Program-made: the position numbers and the translations under genes | Assembly (NCBI GenBank): GCA_043228905.1 | Contig: JBHGNT010001309.1 | Span: forward strand, 1-9,961 | Length of the DNA stretch: 9,961 nt | From: Azolla caroliniana | Taxonomy: Eukaryota; Plantae; Polypodiophyta | Direction of reading: 5' to 3' | Notes under the pieces: model-generated | The model's input: the letters and a program-made list of their open reading frames with translations, nothing else | The model's database searches: none | Told to the model about the DNA's origin: nothing | Part shown: positions 1 through 8,893 of the stretch, in pieces | How the letters are laid out: every line of letters begins with the position of its first letter | How positions within the stretch are numbered: the stretch's first letter is position 1

Positions 1-41
1 TTTGCTTTTCAGCATATAAGATACTTTTCTTTTGATGTTAG

Positions 42-738
42 GCACGGAGCTTATACAACCGGTGGGATGTGTTTCGCGGCGAGGTGCCAAAGGCTGAGGA
101 AGCACTTTTCAGTGTAAAGAGGTCCGCATATTTGCAGCTCAAGAAATCCTTTCATGTTTTCTTGGCATCATCACAGAAGGAGAAGACACCCCAATTCAAA
201 GTGAAGGGGAACTATGTGAAAAGGAATTGCAAGGTCTTTCATGGATCTGAAATTATCGCTGAGGTAAAAATCAGCACACCGTCTCTTGCCTTTTGAAACA
301 ACATGGTTTTAATTACTTCAGGAACTTTGATACTAGTCTATGTGCTTTCTAGATAGTAAAGAGTTAGAAATCAACCATTGTTTAAATTATTCTCCCAAAA
401 TAATGTGTCGGCATAGACATAGCATTAGGCATACATCCCACACACTGTTTGTCCTTCAGATGGGTGTTCACTTTGTACGCAAGTTTTTAATTCTTAAAAT
501 ATGTTGTGTTAATTTAGTTAATCAGGTAGATTCATTTGAGGTAAATTAATTTTGTGTTTTTCGGTGTCTCTTTGGGTAGGTAAAAGGGCAATTCGACACA
601 AACTCGCAATTGAAAAAAAACACTTTTTCAATTGTCTTACATCCAGGTGTTGACTATGCGTTTGTCGTGACACTGATAGTAATTATGGATGAAATTCATA
701 GAGAACAAGACCACCATTCAAGCTCAAGCTCTAGATGA
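42..738 (+). CDS. LURP-one-related (LOR / Tubby C-terminal-like domain) protein, 5'-partial; last two coding exons 42-263 and 580-738
   Basis: Acceptor ttAG ends at 41. Exon 42-263 reads ARSLYNRWDVFRGEVPKAEEALFSVKRSAYLQLKKSFHVFLASSQKEKTPQFKVKGNYVKRNCKVFHGSEIIAE. A phase-0 GT..AG intron spans 264-579. Exon 580-738 reads VKGQFDTNSQLKKNTFSIVLHPGVDYAFVVTLIVIMDEIHREQDHHSSSSSR*. The motifs RWxVFRG, LFSVKRS, F.VKG and PGVDYAFVV.LIVI.DEI are characteristic of plant LURP1/LOR proteins. The first exon lies upstream of the window. Confidence 0.93.
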
Positions 739-1084
739 GAAATTCTTTCTTCGGCCGTGGTCATCTCCCATATTCACAGTATGGACAAGGCTCTTTGTAA
801 TATAATTTTTTTCATAATAAAGTTTTCTTTTCAATCAGGTGAGAAGAAACTGAAATGTAATGATATAATCCCATTCTTTGTACATATTCATCCTTGAATA
901 TGTCCTACCAAAATCCTATTACTTCTGCTATCTGCGGATTGCATGTACAATATATAAACTCAACACAACAATTGACTGTTGTTGTGAAATTCTGTGAAAT
1001 TGTACGATTGACATTTTCTGAGTAATTAATGAGAATTGATAATATTGTAAATGGCAAAATGCATCTGTAGCCAATCGTAGATTT

Positions 1085-1565
1085 CCCATAAATGGAAAGG
1101 AGATTCACATCAAAGGTGGGACTGATCAAAGCAATGATTTCTTATGAGGGTTTTTGCTAAGATAAGTATAAATTTGAGAGCTCAATCAAAAGTATGCTTG
1201 TCATCAAAAGTAGTGGGTCCAAACATCGTTATTTCCTGTCTTCCGATTAGATTTACCAATCATTTATTCCCAGAAACTAGTTTTGTTGATGGTATCAAAT
1301 TCTTTCTGCCAAAATTGATTGGGAAACATAGAGTGCTTATTGGCCTTGGTACATTTTACCTTAGTTGTACAAGAGTAAGAAAACGCGATGGGGATAAAAA
1401 ATATTGGCATACATATGTAGATACCTGCCATCTAGTAAAACAGTGGGGATTTGAATCCAAAATTAATGGGTATAGTCTAAGAGAGCATGAATCCTATGGA
1501 GTGCAAAATACTCTGTACAGAATTTACTCATTATCTCCATTTATATATTATCACACACATCGTCC
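1085..1565 (-). pseudogene. Highly degenerate Ty1/copia retrotransposon integrase remnant
   Basis: Manual minus-strand translation through stops and frameshifts gives motifs in the expected copia order: CDNI*MEIMSKFCTEYFALHRIH..YTH* (from 1555; cf. SDN..EY.S..F..YL..HGI.H...YTPQ), HSMFPNQFW (about 1335-1309; cf. LP..FW), KHTFD*ALKF and HK..HCFD (cf. HKL..R..KC.FLGY..HKGY.C.D), and TFDVNL/FPF (1117-1090; cf. V.FDE..FPF). Similarity was judged by eye only. Confidence 0.5.
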
Positions 1566-1970
1566 ATAAGTTGAGGTTACCCCTTATGAAAACCAATAGT
1601 GATTTGTGTAAGTTGTTGAACTCTCAACTTAGAGCTTACAAGGCATGGGCCTAATGCATTGGGACAACTTTTCGATGCCCATCAATTATTACAAAAACAT
1701 TAATGCAAGCCGAACCAAGAGGTGCACTCCTCCCAAGGGTTTGTTCAATGATGACCCCCATGTTTTATTATGCTTATACCCTAATTAATAGCCTTGTGAT
1801 ATTGTTCTAACGATGCCTTCAAATTGAAACACTTCAAGTGTAGTTTAGCAAGCTTGGGTTTGAATATGAACCCTCTTAAATTTGATGTGAAATTATACTT
1901 TGTTTGAAATCCTTTGAAAACCAAAATGGGTTTGAAATTGTATGCATCCTTCCGAACTCCAATGACACGT

Positions 1971-2793
1971 TGTCGTGTAAATGTGCTTGTGTGTGCTACT
2001 CGAGCAGGACCAGGGAAGACGGAAGGACTAGGAAGGTGCGGACGTTAGGCGACGCGAACACTCCAAAGAGTGGAAAGCTCGTCAGACTTGAAGACTCTCC
2101 AAAGTCAAAGGCTTTTCAAACTCAAAGAGTCTCCACAATCGGAGGCTCTTTAGACTCAAAGGCTTACATTGAACAATTAGAAGATAACCATTAAGTTTAA
2201 ATGGAACAAAAGTTGGGGAGTTGATCGAGTTTTCGGTGAAGGTGCGAGTCAAGTGGACTACTGAGACCGCGACTACCTCCCAACAACTATGATACCTTGA
2301 ATCGGAGTAGTGTTCTCGTGCCACTTCGTCCTCCCTTAAAACGACCAGCGTGCGAGTTTGCCTAACCCCTTCTTTGATTCCATCGACATGTAATGACGCT
2401 CACCGGAGATTATTCGGTCTCAATGTATGCTTGAGAACAAGAAGAACAAGAACCCTAAAATCTCACGAAGAAGAAGAAGATAAAACCTTAACACCTCAAG
2501 TGCGTTGAGGAGACGAAGAAAAAGAAACCCCAAAGTGTGAAGAAGAAGAAGAATTGAAGAAAACCCCTAACAATACGCTCCAAGAAACAACATGGGTGAC
2601 CTTGAACCCTAATGGTACACCCCAAAACTCTAAATGAGCGACCTCCTAACACCCCCGAAACCTCAAAACGTGCGACCCGAAATAAGCCCTCTTCTCAGCA
2701 TTAAATGCGTTTATTCCCTATCTTTCGCCAAATAAGAAAAAGGAATAAATAGTCCTTAATATGAACCGCATTACCAAAGAATCAAACTCTACA
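1971..2793. mobile_element. CpG-rich LTR-retrotransposon-like (LTR/leader) fragment
   Basis: GC and CpG content rise abruptly relative to the flanks. The segment contains GAA runs and AACCCTAA-like motifs (2440-2640), a 17-bp degenerate tandem repeat (2064-2165), and, on the minus strand, TG..CA (2793 to 2298) followed by a PBS-Met-like AGGTATCATAGT (9/12 to TGGTATCAGAGC). No convincing 5-bp TSD was found and the boundaries are approximate. Confidence 0.45.
2064..2165. repeat. Degenerate 17-bp tandem repeat, 5-6 units
   Basis: Units: GTCAGACTTGAAGACTC (2081), TCCAAAGTCAAAGGCTT (2098), TTCAAACTCAAAGAGTC (2115), TCCACAATCGGAGGCTC (2132), TTTAGACTCAAAGGCTT (2149), plus a weaker unit at 2064. 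Confidence 0.7.
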
Positions 2794-3034
2794 CCCATAG
2801 TACAAGGTCTATGGCTCTGTAAATGTATATATATATTTTATATATACATATCTTTTGAGACGTGAGCACACCATTTTCCCACTTTATACCTTTGGCCACA
2901 CCACACATCACGACAACATAGGAAATCCCAACCATTGTATGAGCCATCTTACAATGCCTTATTCTAATTTTTTTCTGAAATGATTTACTATTCCAAGTAT
3001 TGTTTCTCATATAGATATATCATGAGTTGGGTTT

Positions 3035-3806
3035 CTCAGAAATGTCACTTCATTACTACAATGTGGGTAGCCTGCTTTCTTTTACAATCGATATACTTTC
3101 ATTAATTTAAGTTAAAAATTATTGAAAGCATTAACATATTGATACAAATGTCAATCCCTAAATTTTTGTATCGAAGTTTATGTTGGCAAAACTATAATAT
3201 GTAGACATACTGATACAATTAACCCTCAAAAATGTCACTTCATTACTACAGTGTGGGTAGCCTGCTTTCTTTTACAATCGATATACTTTCATTAATTTAA
3301 GTTAAAAAATTATTGAAAACATTAACATATTGATACAAATGTCAATCCCTAAATTTTTGTATCGAAGTTTATCTTGGCAAAACTATAATATGTAGTAGAC
3401 ATACTGATACAATTAACCCTCAGAAATGTCACTTCATTACTACAATGTGGGTAGCCTGCTTTCTTTTACAATCGATATACTTTCATTAATTTAAGTTAAA
3501 AAATTATTGAAAACATTAACATATTGATACAAATGTCAATCCCTAAATTTTTGTATCAAAGTTTATCTTGGCAAAACTATAATATGTAGTAGACATACTG
3601 ATACAATTAACCCTCAGAAATGTCACTTCATTACTACAATGTGGGTAGCCTGCTTTCTTTTACAATCGATAACACTTTCATAAAGTCAAGTTAAAAAATT
3701 ATTGAAAGGTGATCATATTGATACAAATGTCAATCTCTAAATTTTTGTATTGAAGTTTATCTTGGCAAAACTATAATATGTAGATATTGATACAAAAGTT
3801 AATTCC
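3035..3806. repeat. Tandem repeat, 4 copies of a 190-194 bp AT-rich unit
   Basis: Units start with CTCARAAATGTCACTTCATTACTAC at 3035, 3225, 3419 and 3613. Copies 2 and 3 differ by 3 substitutions. Copy 1 lacks one A and a TAG insertion. Copy 4 is identical for about 59 nt and then more diverged. Confidence 0.97.
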
Positions 3807-3984
3807 ATAATATTGTTGCCCCAATTCATCTCGGAGCTTGTCAATAATGATCAATTGCATTGTAAATAAAGTTTATATTGGCAAAACTATAATATGTAGA
3901 AATATTGATACAAAGGTTAATCCCATAATATTGTTGCACCTAATTCATCTTGGAGCTTGTCAACAATGATCAATTGCATTGTAA
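3753..3984. repeat. Tandem duplication of about 116 bp overlapping the end of the larger array
   Basis: AAGTTTATCTTGGCAAAACTATAATATGTAGA...GATCAATTGCATTGTAA starts at 3753 and recurs from 3869 with scattered substitutions. Confidence 0.93.
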
Positions 3985-4175
3985 TGATGGATTGTTTCCC
4001 GTTCCCATCAACAATTCTTGAGAAATTATTTCTTTGATAGCATGAGAATTCATGCAATATATTAATTTAGGATAGATACTTTACATAAGAACCTTGCAAA
4101 TCCATTCAATGGAATGGAAGCAATCAACCTTAATTGAATGCTTTTGAAATTGAGATGTTTGTGATCACCTTTTGT

Positions 4176-4649
4176 TTAGCTAGATAGATCTGTACTTGGA
4201 TCCATCAAGTAAGGCACTATATATGTCCTCATCTCTGTCTCATTTATCTGAAGATGACCACGAGGCAATGTGATCCAAGCCACTTTCCCCGCCTCATCAA
4301 GGGTTCTCAAACCAATCCAATCATCTTTGTATAGGTCAGTCTACATTATATACAAGGCATGATGTTGAACTAGTCTTATATTAGTTTGTAAGGTATATAT
4401 GTATTACTCACAAAATGAACATAAGGAAGCATATATATACCAATGACATCAACACTTCATATTTGAAATATATTGTTTGCAAACCTCATTAGGAGCCAAG
4501 ATGGTGCTAAAGCTGTTTGATGCATAGTAACCAAACCAAGCAGTTTGGGGAGGAATCAGCACCTTGTCATTTTCAAACTGAAAAAGCTCAACAAGTAATA
4601 TCATGTAAAGATTCAGTGTCAACTGTAAAATATCTGAAACATTTTGTCA

Positions 4650-4680
<31 letters not shown>

Positions 4681-7600
4681 ACATATATATATACACATAC
4701 ACATATACATATATAGAGAGAGATAGAGAATCTTACAGTCCTACCATAATCAAGACAAGTTGATTCAAGCTACTGAATCGCTCCTTGTAAGTTGCATTTC
4801 GATTATCCTCGAGTTCATTATTCAGCCTAGGAAGAAACTTGCAACCTTTCTCATAAGCTTGTAGATCCTTGATAAAAACAAAACAAAAGATACTAAGTAA
4901 TGATATATTTTCTTTGGCACTTCATAAAGTTAGTTACAGCTACAGTAATGTGTACCGTTGGAATTTTCACATAACCAGCTGGTCCAAGGTGCTCCTGAAT
5001 CATGAAATACATATAGCTCAATTAGATTGTTTTTTATTTCCCCCAAATGCCCTCAAGTTATTGATATTTTTCTGCCCTTAAGTTTCCATTATTTTTCCAA
5101 ATGCCCTGGGTGAATCACTGAAAGGGAAAAGGGGATACATTGACCATGCAATTATTCAAATAGCACATATAGCTTGTCTTTTGGGGGTTGACCGAGGGCA
5201 TTGGGGGAAATAGCAGAAACTATAGGGCATACATATGAGGAAATAAAGAAAGAGATCAGGTATTTTCAGAGTTTTTCATTAAGAGTAGTGATGATAAGAA
5301 TGTATGAATACAGTAGTAAATATGAATTTAGTACCTGTACATAGGAAGTGTAGATTCCCAATTGTAGAATCCAGTCAGCAATTATACACCAGATCCCACT
5401 CTATAACCATCATCATCAATCAAGAAATGACTTCTGGTGATTTTTACGGCTTTTTGCCAGGATAATTTCAATAAAATTATAAAGGAACGATTTGCTATTC
5501 ATTTCCTTGATGTCTTTTGTTTGTAAGACTGACTTACCCCACACCATGGTACAGATGCTGTGCCCGCATGAGGTCCAGCAATAGATATCATGTTATTCAC
5601 CTAATATAGAGGATGCCATGTGCTAAAACAAATCAGAGAAAATCAATGCAGTCATACAGAAAAACAAAAGATTATACTACGTAAGGTTTATTTTTTAAAC
5701 ATATTGCATATTTCATGAAATATAGAGTGGTACATTACTTGTATACCTATTACAATAAACAACATGAGCAAGTCAAACACATAGGACCTGAACCAAGCTC
5801 TCTTGAATTTAATTTAGCAAATGCATATCAAGAGCCTCAAAATCTCATCATTTACAGACTGTAGTAAATAGCAGTCCACAGTCTCTACAATCACCTCATG
5901 GTATATAACAATCGGCAACGGTTCGGTTCGGTTTGAGAGGGTCAAAACCGATCTGTTTAGAATTTTTGAAACCTGAACCGAACCGAACCACAAAACCGTT
6001 AAACATTTTTCAAACCATTAAAATCGCGGTTTCGTGGTTCGGTTTCGGCTTTCAACTTAGGTCAATTTTTAATTTTAAAATTTATAATTTTCATTTTTTA
6101 AAATTTTAAAATTTTTAAAGATGTTCCTAAAATGTGAGAATAAGTTCTAAAAATGAAAAGATTGTTTAAAAACAATTTTTGGAAAATTGTTTTTAAAAAA
6201 ATAATAAAACGTTAAACGGTTTAAACCGCGGTTTCTGACTGTTGAAACCGTTAAACCGAACCGTTGATGATTGTTAATGGTATACTAACAGATGTGATCT
6301 TCAACATTATATTATTCAAGGATAAAAGCTTGTTATAAAAAAAAATCTTTGGCATCATAAGATTCGTTTCCAATGAACTCACAAAAATTGTGATTCATTC
6401 GCTGTAGAATGCAGAAAAACAACATGCTGACATTTCTATAATGATGTATCGATTAAAATGCTCTCACTGAAGCATAATAAATCCATTTATTAAGCAGCAA
6501 ATGCATAGATAAATAGATGTCATGAACCTACAGTTCATAAATTATGGGACTTGATACATGTAATTTGTGTGATAATTATATGTATGTAATATCATTGCAG
6601 GGCAAGAAAAGTACTAGCAATATCAACTTACAGGTGGCCCATCACACCATTGAATAACACCACGGCCTATTGCATTCCCCTGTATAATAATTACATTCAA
6701 AATTTGGAAAGATGTTTATTTTATGCTTCCATGATAAGGAGCTTACAAAAATGTGGTTGACGCGGAAAATGAGATGGATGCCTTTGTGCATATGCATTTT
6801 AAGCTCATGTGATAGTGGAGTTACAAATAACAAGAAATAAGGATGAATACAACCATAGAAAACATCAAATAAGAAAATGAAAGTGTTAAATATGAAAAAA
6901 ATTCAGAGAATCAATGCACCAAATGACCAAACTAAATGCATATATCCTATACACATGCTATAGAGGCTCCAAAATGCTCTTTCTTTCTAGGAAAAAACAA
7001 AATATATAGCAAATTGCCTTTTCTAATCTGAATGAAGGTAGTCTTTGAATGGTGCAGTTAACCTTGCAAGACTCCAAATTTAGTCAAATCACTAACCTGT
7101 GAAAGGGCGACTAAGTTGTAACCACCCTGAAGTTGTGAGAGAGACTTAATCTGCCACACCAATAAATAAATAAATAACCTATGCATATATTATGACATTA
7201 TAGTAAACACACAAATTATTATCCTCCTTTACACAGTGAAGGATTTCTTTCTACTCCCAAGAAAATGGTTTTTTACATCCTCACAGACAGAATCCACCTG
7301 CGTCATTATCAGAAACCATGAAGAATAAGATGCCTATAGATATGCAAGGTATAATAAGATGATCATATTAACATATTTTGTGACCTAGCTACTCCATTCA
7401 TAGATATAAGATACAAATGAACTGGAAATTGCAGAATAAATATCCCCTCTCAGAATGTAACATAATGTGCAATAAAACTCACTTGTTCAGTGATGGATGT
7501 GAACCATGAAGAATGGCTGCCATCTCCAACCTCTCTACATCATTTACACATAGAGAAATGAATCAGGTCAGACTTGTAGTATCCATTATTAAAGCAATGA

Positions 7601-8790
7601 CAAAGTAATTCTTGTATACATGTACATACATATATATGTATGTATGTGTGTATGGTTAAGAGAGCATAAAAGAAAAGCTCTTTATTTTGAAAGCAAGATG
7701 ATGATAATAGCTAAAAAATGTTCTAAAAACCACAATGAATGGAATCATTACATGCAGAATCCTTCTTGCCCCGAACGATTCCTCAACACTTCGGTGAACC
7801 ATGTCATCCCTTCGTAGTTGCATTGGCTTCCAAGCCCTGGGCCACGATAGCATTAGGATTATTTTTCTTTCTTTTCTTCTTTGAAGGATATATCATGTTA
7901 TTAAACCTCGTTTAATTTTTCCATAGTTACTTTGATCTAACAAATTTCTCTTTTTGTGAAGAGGAATAGGCCTGATGGTTTGATCTCTTAAAGATTTAAA
8001 ACAGGTTTTGCAATCAATACTATTTTGTTATGTACTCGATCTTTGATATATGTATATATAATTTCCTCTTAGATATATGTATATAAAAAACAGGAATCAT
8101 ACATTCGCACCAACAGGAAATAAGTCAACTGGCAATCCCGAGAGAATAAAAAACCCTTTTAAATTAAGCAAGAACCGAGATAAGGTCGATGTTGCTTGCT
8201 AATTATCTTTGAATGTATTTCTTTCTTTCTAATTATAGTAGAGTTTATCCATTAGAATTTGATACAGTCCAATACGATTTGATCTCTCTATAACTATAGA
8301 TTGGATCGCACTAAGATTGCATCGTGTTTGGCATTGTACTTTCTCCTTAGAATCGGAGGGGAAAAGAACTAAGCCGAAGTTTAAAAGGGTCTTAACATCA
8401 CAACATCATCCAGTGTATTAAAATTTTCATAGATGGCCGCTTTTTCTAATTTTTCATATGACTTGACTGCAGTATTTTGGGAAATGGACTGTTAGTGGTG
8501 GTATAGAATACTACGGTAAATTCTTACCACGGGATATTAGATGGTCATGCCCGTAACAGGTGGTGGTGGTGGTGGCACTGTCTGAGTTTTAAAAATTAGA
8601 AGACGACTCATAAACTCGAGTAAGAACGACAAGCAGAGAATGATACATATATAGGTGAGAGAGGCGAGTTGTTGCGATAAGAGTTACCGTGGAGGAAGAC
8701 GAAGGGCAATGATTCTACGAAGAGCACGGAGGAAGATGCTACCGCGACTGCAATGGCGATGGAGATTGTCAGAGTCTTCTGATAGGCCAT
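4176..8790 (-). CDS. PPT1: Palmitoyl-protein thioesterase 1-like (alpha/beta hydrolase), complete 12-exon gene, 303 aa
   Basis: Exons on the minus strand, all with GT-AG introns and consistent phases: 8688-8790 MAYQKTLTISIAIAVAVASSSVLFVESLPFVFLH(G); 7752-7836 GLGSQCNYEGMTWFTEVLRNRSGQEGFC(I); 7483-7534 EVGDGSHSSWFTSITEQ; 7277-7297 VDSVCED; 7097-7150 IKSLSQLQGGYNLVALSQ; 6632-6679 GNAIGRGVIQWCDGPP; 5538-5600 VNNMISIAGPHAGTASVPWCG; 5335-5400 SGIWCIIADWILQLGIYTSYVQ; 4956-4994 EHLGPAGYVKIPT; 4745-4867 DLQAYEKGCKFLPRLNNELEDNRNATYKERFSSLNQLVLIM; 4485-4577 FENDKVLIPPQTAWFGYYASNSFSTILAPNE; 4176-4340 TDLYKDDWIGLRTLDEAGKVAWITLPRGHLQINETEMRTYIVPYLMDPSTDLSS*. Total 912 nt. It has an N-terminal signal-peptide-like stretch, a predicted triad S104/D222/H278 and N-glycosylation sequons NRS, NAT and NET. 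The symbol is family-level; orthology is not established. Confidence 0.96.
4650..4729. repeat. Compound microsatellite (CT)n-(AT/AC)n-(AG)n in PPT intron 10
   Basis: About 15 CT units (one interrupted) are followed by TA/CA dinucleotides and then an AG tract. Confidence 0.9.
5031..5247. mobile_element. Decayed foldback/MITE-like element (possibly Mutator-type) in PPT intron 8
   Basis: 43-bp inverted arms at 5073-5115 and 5187-5229 match at 32/43 and are built on a TTATTTYYCCAAATGCCCT / AGGGCATT motif that also recurs at about 5034-5053. No TSD was found, so the superfamily is uncertain. Confidence 0.6.
5906..6276. mobile_element. Non-autonomous hAT-type DNA transposon (MITE), 371 bp, in PPT intron 6
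   Basis: 23-bp terminal inverted repeats match at 21/23: TAACAATCGGCAACGGTTCGGTT (5906-5928) and AACCGAACCGTTGATGATTGTTA (6254-6276). A perfect 8-bp target-site duplication ATGGTATA flanks it (5898-5905, 6277-6284). There are many subterminal AACCG/CGGTT motifs and an AT-rich core. An 8-bp TSD is the hAT hallmark. Confidence 0.9.
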
Positions 8791-8893
8791 GATTGCAATG
8801 AGACGAAATCGAGAACCAGGAAACAGCAGAACGAGAATCGGAAGCAGCCAAGCAGGCAGAGAGGGAGGGAGGGGTGCAGCAGAGAATCCGCAG

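Noticed and set aside
69-296. 75-aa ORF as a stand-alone gene
   Set aside because: It is an internal exon of the LOR gene (true limits 42-263) read through into the intron.
526-540. Possible 15-nt micro-exon (cag|GTAGATTCATTTGAG|gtaaat) in the LOR intron
   Set aside because: The downstream intron would be only 39 nt, too short for plants. Use as an alternative acceptor hits TAA at 547-549.
1144-1569. 141-aa + strand ORF, the longest in the track
   Set aside because: It has no recognisable domain and lies antisense to the decayed copia integrase remnant. It is most likely a chance open frame.
1904-2324. Overlapping ORFs 1904-2194 (+) and 2082-2324 (-)
   Set aside because: They have non-ATG starts and no protein motifs, and they cross the 17-bp repeat inside TE-like DNA.
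2440-2640. AACCCTAA-like motifs as interstitial telomere repeats
   Set aside because: The copies are scattered, single and imperfect rather than tandem TTTAGGG arrays. This is typical of LTR or leader sequence.
1971-2915. Solo LTR defined by TGTCGTG...CACGACA termini
   Set aside because: The flanks give only ACGT/ACAT, with no 5-bp TSD. A 7-9 bp inverted match over 1 kb can arise by chance, so the boundaries are unsupported.
3035-3984. Regularly spaced short motif with hairpin potential, resembling a CRISPR array
   Set aside because: The intervening sequences are themselves near-identical copies rather than unique spacers. The context is eukaryotic and there are no cas genes.
7623-7644. Perfect 22-bp palindrome TACATACATATATATGTATGTA
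   Set aside because: It is a low-complexity TA/CA/TG microsatellite, where palindromy is expected.
4517-7853. Remaining short ORFs in the track inside the PPT gene (4517, 4869, 6642, 7620, 7656)
   Set aside because: They are antisense or off-frame overlaps of PPT exons, introns and microsatellites, with no independent coding signal.
8559-8575. (GGT)5GG tract as a G-quadruplex
   Set aside because: It has only two-tier potential and is on the non-mRNA strand of an intron. It is a common short SSR.
8608-8790. 60-aa ORF as a small secreted peptide
   Set aside because: It is PPT exon 1 (donor after 8688) running on into intron 1.
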